Shown here: piece after piece, positions 10,672 to 22,376 of the stretch
How the letters are laid out: the number at the start of each line of letters is the position of its first letter
Position numbering within the stretch: position 1 is the first letter of the stretch
From: a bacterium BMS3Bbin05
Lineage (GTDB): Bacteria > Nitrospirota > Thermodesulfovibrionia > Thermodesulfovibrionales > BMS3Bbin05
Direction of reading: 5' to 3'
Assembly: GCA_002897855.1 (NCBI GenBank)
Contig: BDTO01000067.1
Span: 9,950 to 73,949 of the forward strand
DNA length: 64,000 nt
The notes under the pieces: model-generated
Told to the model about the DNA's origin: nothing
What the model saw: the letters and a program-made list of their open reading frames with translations, nothing else
Databases searched by the model: none
Made by a program: the position numbers and the translations under genes

Positions 10672-10910
10672 TATAAAACGCTACCCTTTAATAACTATAC
10701 CATTTACATAATATTGACACTGACAATCCGTAAACTATCTCTGCGGCGGCGGATGTGGTGAAAATCCGCATGCCCGGCCCGCCGTTACTAAGGACTTTTT
10801 CTCTTATTATGTGTTCCATGCGATCCGGCTTTTCTTTCTCTGCCACAGGAGTATCTACGGCCTCCGCATGATACCAAATTCATGAATAATGAGGGTCGGT
10901 CTGAAAAACT

Positions 10911-11756
10911 TCAGACTATCGCTCCACTTTTTATCGCATCGGCCACTTTTACCACCTCAGCCATCTCTTTTACATCATGTACTCTGATAATATCAGCCCC
11001 GTTCATAATTGATACCGCTACAGCTGCTGCCGTTCCTTCGGTACGTTCAAGAGGCAATGCATCGCCAAGTATCCTGCCGATAAATGATTTCCTTGACGGG
11101 CCGACAAGAATCGGTCTGCATAGCTTCTTAAATTCCGCCAGTCGTTTGATAATCTCAAGGTTATCTTCAAACGTCTTACCAAATCCGATACCGGGATCAA
11201 TTATAATTTTATCTGACGGAATTCCGTCATTTTCAGCAATAGAAATACTTTCTTCAAGGTACTGCATAATCTCACCTATAAGATTTTCGTATGCAGGATT
11301 GGTCTGCATATCCTTCGGCGTCCCCTTTATATGCATAATGATGACGGGGACATTATTTTCTGAAACCACCTTTGACATGCGGTCATCAAATCTCAGTCCG
11401 CTGATATCGTTAACAATGCCGGCGCCTGCATCGATAGCAGCCCCTGCAACTTCAGCCTTATACGTATCGATAGAAATGGGCACCCCGATCCTGCCGGCCA
11501 ATTTTTCAATAACCGGAACAACCCTCGAAATTTCCTCCCTTACCGTAACCGGGGCTGAACCAGGCCTCGTTGATTCGCCCCCGACATCAATTATATCAGC
11601 TCCTTCATCTATCATCTCAAGAGCATGTTCAACAGCCGTATCAGCATCATAATAAATACCGCCGTCGGAAAAAGAGTCCGGAGTTACATTAAGAATACCC
11701 ATTATCAGGGTTTTTCTTGAAAGGTCAACTGAAAAATCCCTAAAGGAAAGCCTCAA
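10911..11756 (-). CDS. folP: Dihydropteroate synthase
   Basis: [43 protein letters not shown]. Confidence 0.97.
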   Translation of the reverse strand: MRLSFRDFSVDLSRKTLIMGILNVTPDSFSDGGIYYDADTAVEHALEMIDEGADIIDVGGESTRPGSAPVTVREEISRVVPVIEKLAGRIGVPISIDTYKAEVAGAAIDAGAGIVNDISGLRFDDRMSKVVSENNVPVIIMHIKGTPKDMQTNPAYENLIGEIMQYLEESISIAENDGIPSDKIIIDPGIGFGKTFEDNLEIIKRLAEFKKLCRPILVGPSRKSFIGRILGDALPLERTEGTAAAVAVSIMNGADIIRVHDVKEMAEVVKVADAIKSGAIV

Positions 11757-13600
11757 GCTTCTACAGACCTCTTGGACCTTATATCTTTAACAAGATCATC
11801 GATTTCGGACGAGTTCATACTCTCAACCTCAAGTAGCTTCTTTGCCAATGCATCAAGAATGTCGAAATTCTCCTCCAGCAACGCCCTGCTCCTGTTGAAA
11901 GCCTCTACAACTATTGCCCTGACCTCATCGTCAATCTCCTCAGCTGTCTTCTCACTATAGTCCTTATGTGTGGCTATCTCTCTTCCAAGGAATATCTGCT
12001 CGTCCTTCTTGCCGAAACTGAGAGGACCCAGCTTATCGCTCATCCCCCATTCTGTGACCATCTTCCTGGCAAGCTCGGTAGCCCTTTCGATATCATTACC
12101 GGCTCCGGTTGTCATGTGGTTCAGGGCTATCTCCTCGGCAGCGCGTCCGCCGAGAAATACCTGAAGTGTATTAAAAAGATAATCCCTCGAATACGTATAA
12201 CGGTCATCAATCGGCAATTGCTGGGTTACGCCCAATGCACTGCCCCGGGGGATTATGCTGACTTTATGCACAGGATCCGTGCCGGGAGTAAGTTTTGCTA
12301 CAAGTGCATGTCCGGCCTCATGATATGCAGTGTTTTTCTTTTCCTCTTCACTGATTATCATGCTCCTCCTTTCAACACCCATCAGCACCTTATCCTTGGC
12401 CTCGTCGAAATCCGTCATATCCACCTTTTCCTTTGAATTTCTTGCCGCAAGAAGAGCCGCCTCATTAACAAGATTTGCAAGGTCAGCACCCGAAAACCCG
12501 GGAGTACCACGGGCAATAACATCAAGTTTAACATCATCGGATAGCGGTATCTGAGCTGTATGCACCTTCAATATCTGCTCCCTGCCCTTCACATCAGGTT
12601 GAGGCACCACTACCTGCCTGTCAAATCTGCCGGGTCTGAGCAGAGCGGGGTCCAGCACATCGGGCCTGTTGGTTGCCGCAACGATTATAACACCCTCCTT
12701 GCCTTCAAACCCGTCCATCTCAACAAGAAGCTGGTTAAGGGTCTGTTCCCTCTCGTCATGCCCGCCTCCGAGTCCTGCCCCCCTGTGGCGTCCCACTGCA
12801 TCAATTTCATCAATAAACACAATACACGGGGCATGCTTCTTTGCCTGCTCAAACAGATCGCGCACCCTTGAAGCCCCTACACCGACAAACATTTCTACAA
12901 AATCAGATCCTGCAATGGAAAAGAACGGCACATCGGCTTCTCCGGCTATCGCCTTTGCAAGGAGGGTCTTGCCCGTACCCGGCGCGCCCACGAGGAGTAC
13001 CCCTTTGGGTATCTTTCCGCCCAGTTTTGTAAATTTGTGCGGGTCTTTGAGGAAATCAATTATCTCCAGCACTTCCTCTTTTGCCTCTTCTATCCCGGCC
13101 ACATCCTTGAATGTAATCTTTACCGACGTGTCGGATACCAGCCTTGCCTTTGACTTACCGAACGACAATGCTTTATTTCCGCCGGACTGCATCTGCCTCA
13201 TAAAGAAAATCCAGATCAGGGCAAGAAAGATGATCGGCCCCCATGAAAAGAAGAAATTTACATACCACGGACTCTGATCCGGCGGTTTGGCAGTTATCAT
13301 AACATTCTTCTTATGAAGGTCATTTATAAGACCCTGATAGTCGGCGCTATATGTCCTGAATTTCGTCCCATCCTTGAGAATACCGCTGATATCATGGCCT
13401 TTTATTACGACCTCGTCAATCTTATTATCATCAAGTTTTTGAAGGAATTCTGAAAAACTTATCTGCTTTGCCTCCGGCTTGGGTGTATTAAGCAGGTTAA
13501 ACAGCATGATCATCAGAACGCCGATCAGCAGCCAGATAAACAGGCTCCTGTATACATTCAAACCTTTGCCTACGGGTTTTTTGCCTTTAAGGTTATTCAT
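11753..13600 (-). CDS. ftsH: ATP-dependent zinc metalloprotease FtsH
   Basis: Two TMs, GAPGTGKT Walker [21 protein letters not shown]. Confidence 0.98.
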   Translation of the reverse strand: MNNLKGKKPVGKGLNVYRSLFIWLLIGVLMIMLFNLLNTPKPEAKQISFSEFLQKLDDNKIDEVVIKGHDISGILKDGTKFRTYSADYQGLINDLHKKNVMITAKPPDQSPWYVNFFFSWGPIIFLALIWIFFMRQMQSGGNKALSFGKSKARLVSDTSVKITFKDVAGIEEAKEEVLEIIDFLKDPHKFTKLGGKIPKGVLLVGAPGTGKTLLAKAIAGEADVPFFSIAGSDFVEMFVGVGASRVRDLFEQAKKHAPCIVFIDEIDAVGRHRGAGLGGGHDEREQTLNQLLVEMDGFEGKEGVIIVAATNRPDVLDPALLRPGRFDRQVVVPQPDVKGREQILKVHTAQIPLSDDVKLDVIARGTPGFSGADLANLVNEAALLAARNSKEKVDMTDFDEAKDKVLMGVERRSMIISEEEKKNTAYHEAGHALVAKLTPGTDPVHKVSIIPRGSALGVTQQLPIDDRYTYSRDYLFNTLQVFLGGRAAEEIALNHMTTGAGNDIERATELARKMVTEWGMSDKLGPLSFGKKDEQIFLGREIATHKDYSEKTAEEIDDEVRAIVVEAFNRSRALLEENFDILDALAKKLLEVESMNSSEIDDLVKDIRSKRSVEA

Positions 13601-13656
13601 CGTTACTGAATAATTTTAACATATAGATAATAATATTTTCCTCATTTAACATATAA

Positions 13657-15426
13657 TTAATATTCTTCGACCTGTTTTTTGAGTACCTCCCTGTTGTAAA
13701 CATCCATCACATCTGCACGTCTTAATATTCCCAGTACGCGACTTGGAGCTTCAGGGTCTACAACGGGAATTTCATCAATATCCTTAATATTGAATTTTTC
13801 TATTGCATCTTTAAGATTATCATCTAAATTAAGGACAATGACATCTTCTGTTGCCAGTTGCCCGGCCGTAACAATCTCCTTTATATAATCTTCCAGCAAA
13901 ACCTTTCGCACGTCCTGAAGTGATATTATACCTACCATTTCACCCTCATTATCAACAACAGGAAAATAGAAGCCTCCGCCCTCTATCATCAGGTCGACAA
14001 ATTCTGTAAGGTTCACATCCTTTCTGACGGTGGTAAAATCCCGCCTCATTACATCCCTGACCTTTATTGCAGAAAGAAGTGTACCTTCCCTGCCTGCATG
14101 TATGTCAACGCCTTTCCTGGAAAAATATACAGTATCAATGGAATCTTTAAAAATCCTTTTAGCCGTGAACGTTCCGACTATACTGGCAAACATTATCGGA
14201 ATAATGACAAGATAATTCCCCGTCATCTCAAAAAGAAGAAACATCCCGGTCAGAGGTGCATGGGTTGCAGCGGCAAGAAAAGCCCCTACTCCCACAGTTG
14301 CATATTCACCAGGTCCGGCCGCCAGCCCCGGGAAGAGATTATGAACGATAAATCCGTAAGTACTGCCGGCCATAGCACCTATGAAGAGCGAGGGGGCAAA
14401 TACGCCGCCGGCTCCGCCGGAACCCAATGTGACGGCAGTTGCAAAAATCTTCAGTAACATCAATATGAAAACCAGCGACAGCGCCCCCTGCCCCTTGAGC
14501 ACTTCTTCTATTACCCCGTAGCCGTCGGAAAAGACCTGCGGAAAAAATATTCCGATAATTCCGACAATCAGGGCCCCTATCACCGGCTTAAGATACGGAC
14601 TGATATTCATCTTGCTGAACCTGTCCTGGACGGCATAGAAGACTTTAATATAAAAAACCGCAATAATGCCGACAATAACGCCGAAAACTATATACAGTGG
14701 GATTTCCGTTATGCCTGTTGTATGAAATGCCGGGACAAGAAAGACCGGATTTTCACCATAATATGACCTGGTCACAACCGTGGCCATACCGGAAGAAATA
14801 ACAATAGCCCCAAAAGACATCAATTCATAATTACCGAGGAGTACTATCTCTGTGGCAAACATCACACCTGCGATCGGGGCATTAAATGTTGCCGCAATAC
14901 CACCAGCCGCGCCTGCAGCTATAAGCAGTTTCATCCGGTTGCCGGAAACCCTGAACAGTTGCCCTACCAGGGAACCCATACCACCTCCTATCTGGGCAAT
15001 CGGGCCTTCGACACCTGCCGAGCCTCCGGAGCCTATGGTTATGGCAGGAGCGATTATCTTGGCAAATACAGACCTGAGCCTTACAATCCCCCCCCTGATA
15101 TTTACTCTATCGAGAAATGCCGGGAAACCGTAACCATTCACTTCACCGGGGAACATTCTGGAAAGGGGTATCAACAATACCGCCCCGGCAACCGGCAAAA
15201 GAACGACATACAACCTCGATAAACCAAACCCCTCCGTGATGCCAAACAATTCATGTCCCCTGTAAAAGATTACATTTTTAAAAAAAGCGAGCGTTTCCCT
15301 GAAAGCAATGTTTGCAAGGCCGCTCATAACCCCGACAACTATGGCCAGAATTACTACCGCAGTATGCTTGCCCGGGGTGTAATGCAGGAGCCTGCCGAAC
15401 AGCCTTCTTATTTCCGGGGATTTCAT
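13657..15426 (-). CDS. ClC chloride channel/antiporter with two C-terminal CBS domains
   Basis: GSAGVEGP, FNAPIAG, GGVFAPSL, APLTG; CBS pair. Confidence 0.93.
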   Translation of the reverse strand: MKSPEIRRLFGRLLHYTPGKHTAVVILAIVVGVMSGLANIAFRETLAFFKNVIFYRGHELFGITEGFGLSRLYVVLLPVAGAVLLIPLSRMFPGEVNGYGFPAFLDRVNIRGGIVRLRSVFAKIIAPAITIGSGGSAGVEGPIAQIGGGMGSLVGQLFRVSGNRMKLLIAAGAAGGIAATFNAPIAGVMFATEIVLLGNYELMSFGAIVISSGMATVVTRSYYGENPVFLVPAFHTTGITEIPLYIVFGVIVGIIAVFYIKVFYAVQDRFSKMNISPYLKPVIGALIVGIIGIFFPQVFSDGYGVIEEVLKGQGALSLVFILMLLKIFATAVTLGSGGAGGVFAPSLFIGAMAGSTYGFIVHNLFPGLAAGPGEYATVGVGAFLAAATHAPLTGMFLLFEMTGNYLVIIPIMFASIVGTFTAKRIFKDSIDTVYFSRKGVDIHAGREGTLLSAIKVRDVMRRDFTTVRKDVNLTEFVDLMIEGGGFYFPVVDNEGEMVGIISLQDVRKVLLEDYIKEIVTAGQLATEDVIVLNLDDNLKDAIEKFNIKDIDEIPVVDPEAPSRVLGILRRADVMDVYNREVLKKQVEEY

Positions 15427-16013
15427 CTTTGATCTTTTTCAAGGAACTCTTTCAGTCCGGATATGGCTTTTGCCCTGTGACTTATTTTGTTCTTGACCTC
15501 GGAACCGAGTTCTGCAAATGTTTTTTCATAACCATCCGGTACAAACAGCGGGTCATATCCGAACCCCGAAGTTCCTCTCGGACTGTCTATAATATGCCCC
15601 CTGACAGATCCCTCAAAATACCTTGCTTCCCGACCGTCATACAGGCAAAAAACGCTCACGAACCGGGCTGTCCTTTTTTCATAAGGCACCCCGGTCAGAT
15701 CATTGATGAGTTTCCCGATATTTTCACTGTCGGATGCATTTTCAGAAGCAAACCTGGAGGAATATATACCCGGCGCACCATTGAGTGCATCTACTTCAAG
15801 ACCGGAATCTTCCGAAACGCACTTTATTCCCGTATGATCAAAGACCGCCCTGGCCTTCTTAAAGGCGTTTTCATGAAATGTGATGCCGTCCTCAACAACG
15901 TCCTTCATGTCCGGGTACAGATCCAAACCCGCAAACTCAATACCGGTACCGGATAAAACAGCGTTAATCTCTTTTATTTTCCCTCTATTTTTTGTTGCCA
16001 ATATAATCCTCAT
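15423..16013 (-). CDS. rdgB: dITP/XTP pyrophosphatase (Ham1 family)
   Basis: [35 protein letters not shown]. Confidence 0.96.
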   Translation of the reverse strand: MRIILATKNRGKIKEINAVLSGTGIEFAGLDLYPDMKDVVEDGITFHENAFKKARAVFDHTGIKCVSEDSGLEVDALNGAPGIYSSRFASENASDSENIGKLINDLTGVPYEKRTARFVSVFCLYDGREARYFEGSVRGHIIDSPRGTSGFGYDPLFVPDGYEKTFAELGSEVKNKISHRAKAISGLKEFLEKDQR

Positions 16014-16725
16014 TACCCAATACCTTCCTCTGAATATCGATCAACTCCTTTATACCTTTCCCGGCAAGAGAGAGAAGTTCATTCATGACATCACGCGTAA
16101 AAGGTTCTCGCTCGGCAGTTCCCTGCACCTCAACGAGTCTCCGGTCCCCCGTCATTACGACATTCATATCCACATCTGCGGAAGAATCCTCCTTATAACA
16201 GAGATCCAGGGCGGTAATGCCGTCCACTACACCGACACTAACCGCAGCCAGATGGCCGATAACAGGACTCTGCATCAAAATACCGTTCCTCAGGGCATAT
16301 CTGACCGCATCAACAAGACAGACATAGGCTCCGGTGATCGATGCAGTCCTTGTCCCCCCGTCCGCCTGAATAACATCACAGTCTATCCAGACAGTTCTCT
16401 CCCCCAGCTTTTCAAGATCAACTACCGATCTTAACGCTCTGCCTATAAGCCTCTGTATCTCGTGTGTTCTTCCGCCTCTCCTTCCGATAGCTGCCTCCCG
16501 TGCCATCCTTGTTGAAGTTGATCTGGGCAGCATTCCGTACTCGGCAGTTACCCATCCGCTTTTGCTGTCCCTGAGAAAGACAGGAACTTTTTCTTCTATT
16601 GTCGCAGCACACAGCACCTTCGTGTCACCCATCTCTATCAATACCGAACCTTCGGCCGTATTGAGGTAATTACGGGTTATCACAACCTTTCTCAATTCTG
16701 AATAATCCCTTCCATCATCTCTCAC
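15985..16725 (-). CDS. rph: Ribonuclease PH
   Basis: [49 protein letters not shown]. Confidence 0.97.
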   Translation of the reverse strand: MRDDGRDYSELRKVVITRNYLNTAEGSVLIEMGDTKVLCAATIEEKVPVFLRDSKSGWVTAEYGMLPRSTSTRMAREAAIGRRGGRTHEIQRLIGRALRSVVDLEKLGERTVWIDCDVIQADGGTRTASITGAYVCLVDAVRYALRNGILMQSPVIGHLAAVSVGVVDGITALDLCYKEDSSADVDMNVVMTGDRRLVEVQGTAEREPFTRDVMNELLSLAGKGIKELIDIQRKVLGNEDYIGNKK

Positions 16726-16752
16726 TATGACCAGCCTCCATTCCCTGTTTTT

Positions 16753-17553
16753 TCAAACTATATCCACAAGATCTATATCAGTTACGCCTTCTCCCAGAAA
16801 TATCTCTCCGACAGTCCGGAAACGCGCAGGCGAGTCAGTAACATAAAACCTGCGCTTACCTGTCCTTCCGCCGGAATTCATTATGCCTTCCGATTTGAGA
16901 ACCCTTTGTGTCTCCTTTGCTGTTTCTACTGCCGAATCGATCAGGACAGTTTCTTCACCCATATATTCTCCGATCAAATCTTTCAGCAGCGGATAATGCG
17001 TACAGCCAAGGACAAGGGTATCAACCTTATGTCTTCTTAATGATTTAAGATATGTCCGGACAATATTCCTTGCTATGTTTCCATCAATCCAGCCTTCCTC
17101 TACAAGAGGCACAAAGAGAGGACATGCCCGGGCTGTAATATCCACATCAGGAATCAATTGCTTCAGAACTCTCTGATAAGCGCCGCTTTCTACAGTTGCC
17201 ACAGTTCCGATTACGCCTATACTTCCGCGTGCAGAAACCTTTGAAGCCGCCATGGCCCCGGGTTCAATAACACCTATAACCGGTATCGAAAGCCTCCCAC
17301 TCAACTTTTCAATAGCTACAGCCGATACAGTGTTGCATGCAACCACAAGGATCTTTATACCCTGCATTGCCAGGAAGTCCGCATTCTGGTAACTGTATCT
17401 TATCACTGTAGAGGAAGACCTTATGCCGTATGGGACCCTTGCAGTATCACCGAGATAGATTGTGTCTTCACCGGGAAGTTGAGCAACAATCTCCTTCAGA
17501 ACGGTCAGGCCTCCAATGCCTGAATCGAATATACCTATCGGCCTCTTATCCAT
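16753..17553 (-). CDS. murI: Glutamate racemase
   Basis: IGIFDSGIGGLTV, ACNT, LGCTHYP; start at MDKRPIG. Confidence 0.97.
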   Translation of the reverse strand: MDKRPIGIFDSGIGGLTVLKEIVAQLPGEDTIYLGDTARVPYGIRSSSTVIRYSYQNADFLAMQGIKILVVACNTVSAVAIEKLSGRLSIPVIGVIEPGAMAASKVSARGSIGVIGTVATVESGAYQRVLKQLIPDVDITARACPLFVPLVEEGWIDGNIARNIVRTYLKSLRRHKVDTLVLGCTHYPLLKDLIGEYMGEETVLIDSAVETAKETQRVLKSEGIMNSGGRTGKRRFYVTDSPARFRTVGEIFLGEGVTDIDLVDIV

Positions 17554-17557
17554 ATCA

Positions 17558-18139
17558 TCAGTCAAATTTAATCTCTTGTGTAACAAGTTGCTTCAGAGGA
17601 CGATTTGCATAGAAATGCCCGCCTATTGTATCAACCTCTTTGTCGTCTATGAGTATCTTGACATCGTTTATTTTTATATTGGATATTGTAGATTCATAAA
17701 TCCCCTTTAAAAGAAGATATTCATCAATTGCATCGCCATGAAAGTTTCTCCTCAGGTCTTCGGACAGATCAATATATGCAACCCCGTCACTTCCTATATA
17801 TACACTTAACAGTATTACACCCTCAGGCATAATGAAAGGTCCCGTACCGGCAGGACCCTTGAGAAACTCTCTGATAACCTCCCTCAGAATCTTCTTCTGT
17901 GAAAAGACCCTCGGGATTTCCCTCTCTTCCATTACAAGCTTATGACCTTCAGGGAAGAAAAGCTTTATGCTGATATGCTCTTCGCTTCCCGGCTTTGTAA
18001 CAGGTTGCGAAGATGGCTCCGTTTTATTCTCCATTGCAATCTCCGGAGGATGCATTCTGATGAGGTATATATACCCCCCGGCAAGAACCAGTATAAACAG
18101 TATTGATATCAATGCCGTCAAATATCTGTTATCTTTCAT
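17558..18139 (-). CDS. GerMN domain membrane protein
   Basis: N-terminal TM, FLKGP..MPEG, AYIDLS, VKILID..TIGGH; next to amidase and murI. Confidence 0.82.
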   Translation of the reverse strand: MKDNRYLTALISILFILVLAGGYIYLIRMHPPEIAMENKTEPSSQPVTKPGSEEHISIKLFFPEGHKLVMEEREIPRVFSQKKILREVIREFLKGPAGTGPFIMPEGVILLSVYIGSDGVAYIDLSEDLRRNFHGDAIDEYLLLKGIYESTISNIKINDVKILIDDKEVDTIGGHFYANRPLKQLVTQEIKFD

Positions 18140-19085
18140 ACTTGCCGATCCCTTTCAGAATAGTATTGACAAGTGCATATCGATTGGAAGCATTGTAATC
18201 AAAATACTTGCCGTCGGGAAGCTCTATTGTAATTGCCGCCGAACCAATGGATGATAACAGCGGAAGAGGCATGGATATTATCCTTACTTTACGCTTGAAC
18301 TTTTCCCTGAGTACTTCCGCCATTACGCGCGAAAGTTTGACACTGTCGCCAAGATGTCCAAGCTGACTGTATTTAAGCATATACCTATCTTTCGACCTGA
18401 TACTGGTATCCATCTTTGCATAATAAACAACAAAATCGGGAGATGAAGACATATGGAGACTTATAAATACGTCGGGTTTCTTTTTGTAAGTTGAATTTAT
18501 TCGTTCATCGATAGAAACGTACTTATCCGTGGATCTTGTAAGAAAGACCTTCGCTCCTGCCTGGCCGGCAGTGTAGCGCAGTGATCTCGCTATTGATAAC
18601 ACTATATCCTTTTCCTTATAATCACTGCCCACAAGCCCCATACTATATCCACCATGTCCCGGATCTATCACCATAACAACATCAGACAGTCCGTACGGTT
18701 TCACGGGTTCTTCAGGCACTGTTTTTGCGTTTGCTGTTTTCTCTATTTCAGCATCGATCACAAGCCTTGACGGATCGGCAAGCCTGAACACTTTAACATC
18801 CTTTAAGCCATTGATATTGATAAACAAACTGCTCCCCTTATGTGAAATATCAACAGCGTCAGGGGTATTTTCATAATCAAAACTGAATTCGGACTGAAAC
18901 TCAACCTTGACAAGGCTGTATGAATGGTAAACCCTGGCCGTCTTGATAATCTCTTCCCCGGATTCCAGTACGAGCCTCAAGTACCCCGGTTTTGCACTCC
19001 AGCGCATGCTTACCCGGTAGGCATCGCCATAAGCCATGGAAGAACAGAAGACAATCAAAACAGCCAAAATCACAAGTCGTTTCAT
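18129..19085 (-). CDS. N-acetylmuramoyl-L-alanine amidase (AMIN-like plus Amidase_3)
   Basis: Signal peptide, PSRLVID, IDPGHGG, EKD, LTRSTD, ISLH, IE. Confidence 0.88.
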   Translation of the reverse strand: MKRLVILAVLIVFCSSMAYGDAYRVSMRWSAKPGYLRLVLESGEEIIKTARVYHSYSLVKVEFQSEFSFDYENTPDAVDISHKGSSLFININGLKDVKVFRLADPSRLVIDAEIEKTANAKTVPEEPVKPYGLSDVVMVIDPGHGGYSMGLVGSDYKEKDIVLSIARSLRYTAGQAGAKVFLTRSTDKYVSIDERINSTYKKKPDVFISLHMSSSPDFVVYYAKMDTSIRSKDRYMLKYSQLGHLGDSVKLSRVMAEVLREKFKRKVRIISMPLPLLSSIGSAAITIELPDGKYFDYNASNRYALVNTILKGIGKYER

Positions 19086-19201
19086 AACGTATATTTTAAC
19101 ATTTCCAATAGACTTACAAAAATTACAGGATAATATAATAATATTATTTACCTACCCAAATCCAGCAACATGCAAAGCCGGCTTTGGGATATAATATTAA
19201 A

Positions 19202-20599
19202 ATGCGACTAAAGATATTCTCGCTCTTCGAACTCAATCGGGCGCTGAGGGAAGTAATAGAGGCAGGGTTACCGGATGAATATCCGGTAATCGCAGAGATT
19301 GCCTCCATACGAACAGACCAGAAGGGCCATTGCTATCTGGAGCTGATAGAGCGTGATGAAAATACCATCATAGCCCGGATGAGTGGGACAATATGGTCAT
19401 ATAATTACCGCATAATCTCAAGACAATTTATGTCCGTTACAGGGCTGCCCCTTTCCAAAGGCATGAAAATCCTTCTTAATGCCGGGATATCGTTTCACGA
19501 AAGATACGGGTTAAGCCTGAATATTCAGGACATTGATCCTTCGTACACCCTCGGTGAGATGGCAAAAAAGAGACAGGAAATCCTTGAGAGGCTCACAAGA
19601 GAAGATTTGATAAACAAAAACATGGAACTGGATTTCCCAATCCTTCCCCTCAGTATCGCAGTAATATCATCGCCGGGGGCCGCCGGTTATGACGATTTTA
19701 TGAATCATATCAAGAATAACCCGTACGGATATAATTTCAATACAGAACTGTTTCAGGCCATTATGCAGGGAGAAAATGCCGAGGCATCAATCATTGGCGC
19801 CTTCGAAAAATGCCGTGAAAGACATTATCTTTTTGATCTTATTGTGATCATCAGGGGTGGCGGCGGGGAAGCAGACCTTCACTGTTTTGACAGTTATAAG
19901 ATAGGGAAACTGATTGCTGAAATGCCGTTGCCTGTTATATCGGGGATCGGCCACCAAAGAGACAGGACTGTAGTTGATGAAGTAGCTCATACATCAGTTA
20001 AGACTCCAACTGCGGCGGCCGGGCTTATTATACAGGCTGTGAGGGAATTTCATCTAAGGGTTCGTGAATATGAAACCAGGCTTATCCGTTCATCAGGAGA
20101 AATTCTTGAAAACAACCGTTTTAAACTGCATACCTTATCGGCAGAAATGGATAAACTTGTCACCCGCTGTCTGGCAATGGAAGATGTGAAATTGAACCAT
20201 ATGAAACAGGCGCTTTCATACTGCAGAAAACTGCTGCATTATCAGCGTGAGAAAATTGACAGGCTTCGCGACATGACACACGCACTTGTGAAAAACAGCA
20301 CAAAGGAAAATCTCTTCGCCCTTGATTATCTGCAGGACCTCATAAAGAAGCATTTTAAATCATACATGCAAAACCACAAAAACCTGCTTACCAACAGACA
20401 GACAAATATAGGGCATCTAAACCCGGCTAATGTCCTTAAGCGTGGATACAGCATCACTTACAGGGATAACATGCTTGTCAAGGATATACAAAATGTTTCC
20501 CCTGGAGATATAATAAAAACCGTATTGTACAGAGGGACAATCAGGAGCAATATAACAGAGGTTAAGGAAGATGGCGAAGAAAAAACAACAGACATATAA
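19202..20599 (+). CDS. xseA: Exodeoxyribonuclease VII large subunit
   Basis: GHCYLEL OB-fold, IIRGGG, ISGIGH..D, TPTAAA, VLKRGYS. Confidence 0.95.
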   Translation: MRLKIFSLFELNRALREVIEAGLPDEYPVIAEIASIRTDQKGHCYLELIERDENTIIARMSGTIWSYNYRIISRQFMSVTGLPLSKGMKILLNAGISFHERYGLSLNIQDIDPSYTLGEMAKKRQEILERLTREDLINKNMELDFPILPLSIAVISSPGAAGYDDFMNHIKNNPYGYNFNTELFQAIMQGENAEASIIGAFEKCRERHYLFDLIVIIRGGGGEADLHCFDSYKIGKLIAEMPLPVISGIGHQRDRTVVDEVAHTSVKTPTAAAGLIIQAVREFHLRVREYETRLIRSSGEILENNRFKLHTLSAEMDKLVTRCLAMEDVKLNHMKQALSYCRKLLHYQREKIDRLRDMTHALVKNSTKENLFALDYLQDLIKKHFKSYMQNHKNLLTNRQTNIGHLNPANVLKRGYSITYRDNMLVKDIQNVSPGDIIKTVLYRGTIRSNITEVKEDGEEKTTDI

Positions 20600-20828
20600 A
20601 GAGGCGCTTGAAGAGATTGAAAAGATTATCTCTGAAATAGAGAACGAGACGATCGATATCGATGTACTGGCAGTGAAGGTAAAACATGCCTCCGAACTCA
20701 TAAAGTCCTGCAGACAAAAACTTGCAAAGACCGAAAAGGAAGTGAATAAGGTTCTCGAAGAATTCGAAGAAGAATCCGCCGAAGAAACCGGAGAAGAAAC
20801 CGAAGGGAAGGAAGAACTTTTCAGTTAA
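20571..20828 (+). CDS. xseB: Exodeoxyribonuclease VII small subunit
   Basis: TYKEALEEIEKIISEIE..LIKSCRQKL; overlaps the end of xseA. Confidence 0.92.
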   Translation: MAKKKQQTYKEALEEIEKIISEIENETIDIDVLAVKVKHASELIKSCRQKLAKTEKEVNKVLEEFEEESAEETGEETEGKEELFS

Positions 20829-20834
20829 AATTAA

Positions 20835-22328
20835 TCATTCATCCGTTACTTTCTTTTTTTCGGACCTGCGTATCGCTCTCCGGCCGGCTTGGAGTTTAAA
20901 AAGAATATAATATTTGTTTATATTGCTGACATAACGCACCGTTTCCTGCCCCACAAGTTTAAGCACCGCCATTTCTACATTCCTGAACCACCTGTCAGGG
21001 TTGAGTCCCATTTTCAGCGCAAGTTTTCGGGCTCTTCTGATCTTTGCAGGGCCTGCATTGTACGATGCAAGCGCAAAGCGGACCTGGTCGCGCCGGCGTA
21101 TATTTTTATCATCAAAGTAATGATCCCTGAGAAATGCAAGATATTTAACACCTGCATGAATGTTGTTTTCAACCGTTGTAACATTGCTTATAGCGACGTT
21201 TTTATCTGCCATCATCCGTGGAATAACCTGCATAATCCCGACAGCTCCGGAGGGATTTTTTTTATTATTGTCAAGTCCTGATTCCTGATAGGCAAGGGCC
21301 ATGACCAGCATCCAGTCAAATCCATAACGGGATGCGTACTTCCGGAACAGTTTTTTATATTTAGTCAGCTTCCTGCGTTCTCCCTTTTCAAGGGGATTCT
21401 TTATCCACTTTGTATTTCTATAATACCTGTTGAAATAGATATTGCCGAGGAGGGACCCCTCTTTATGAGTCCTTAGAAACACGTTAAGGCTTTTTTTAAG
21501 CTTCGGGTTATTTCTCCGGACCATCCATGCAATCCTGCCGCCGGTTCTGACCTTCAGATTGTAGAGCACAGTAATATCTTTCAACACGTCCGACCAGATT
21601 CGCGCTATATGGCTATCTGATACTGTAATTTTTATGGCACCCGAATTGACGAGTTCAAGGATATCTTCGGTTTCAAGATTTTCATCAGCCAGAATAATCC
21701 TTACAGGCTTCAACCCCTTTTTCATTAGTCCTCTATTGAGGCGATTCAGGCTTTCAAAGTAGCTGCTGCTTTTCCGGACGAATACCTTGCGTCCCGACAG
21801 GTCATCAAGGCTTTTCAAGCCCTTTACACCTTTATGCACTACTATCACTTCATTTACCCCTCTCAGATACGGGTCTGTAAAATCTACCTGTCTTAATCGT
21901 TCCGGAGTAATTGTCAAACCTGCCGCAGCTATATCACCGTAACCATTAATCAGTGCAGGGATAAGCCTGTTACGCTCTACAGGAATGAACTCAAGGACCA
22001 CCCTCAACTCACCCCGCTTTCTGCCCCTGTTCAGGAACTTCCCATAATCTTTGAGCAAAGAATACTCAAATCCGTACTGACTACCCCCGGAAATAAAGAA
22101 ATTGGTCCTGTTAAAAGTAGTGAGAATGCGGATGTAACGTTTCTTTATGAGCCCATCGAGGTCATCTGTATACCGTTTTGACAGGTGCGATGCCATTGGG
22201 AGTGAGACTACTTCCTTCTCCTTTTCGGCTGCAGCGGAAGTGTTCAGGCAGAAAATAAAAATGGAAAAAACACACAGGAGATATCTAACAGGTCCTGAAA
22301 TTCTTATCATTTTCTTTGCAGAAGCCAT
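20835..22328 (-). CDS. MltF-like lytic transglycosylase (solute-binding domain plus SLT domain)
   Basis: GDIAAAGLTITPER..VDFTDPY SBP3 domain; YQESG, GAVGIMQV, ASYNAG. Confidence 0.9.
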   Translation of the reverse strand: MASAKKMIRISGPVRYLLCVFSIFIFCLNTSAAAEKEKEVVSLPMASHLSKRYTDDLDGLIKKRYIRILTTFNRTNFFISGGSQYGFEYSLLKDYGKFLNRGRKRGELRVVLEFIPVERNRLIPALINGYGDIAAAGLTITPERLRQVDFTDPYLRGVNEVIVVHKGVKGLKSLDDLSGRKVFVRKSSSYFESLNRLNRGLMKKGLKPVRIILADENLETEDILELVNSGAIKITVSDSHIARIWSDVLKDITVLYNLKVRTGGRIAWMVRRNNPKLKKSLNVFLRTHKEGSLLGNIYFNRYYRNTKWIKNPLEKGERRKLTKYKKLFRKYASRYGFDWMLVMALAYQESGLDNNKKNPSGAVGIMQVIPRMMADKNVAISNVTTVENNIHAGVKYLAFLRDHYFDDKNIRRRDQVRFALASYNAGPAKIRRARKLALKMGLNPDRWFRNVEMAVLKLVGQETVRYVSNINKYYILFKLQAGRRAIRRSEKKKVTDE

Positions 22329-22376
22329 CGTTAATATTGAAACATACTTGAAGCAGGAAAAGGAAGAATTACCGGA

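Noticed and set aside
10744-10785. Group II intron domain V-like string GCGGCGGATGTGGTGAAAATCCGCATGCCCGGCCCG
   Set aside because: Lacks a clean AGC/CGC triad stem and a domain VI/AY end, and no RT is nearby. The opposite strand reads weakly like a decayed P-II fragment. Neither call is supportable.
10882-11652. Long antisense ORFs over folP, ftsH, rnr, purM and others
   Set aside because: Typical reverse-frame shadows of well-supported genes
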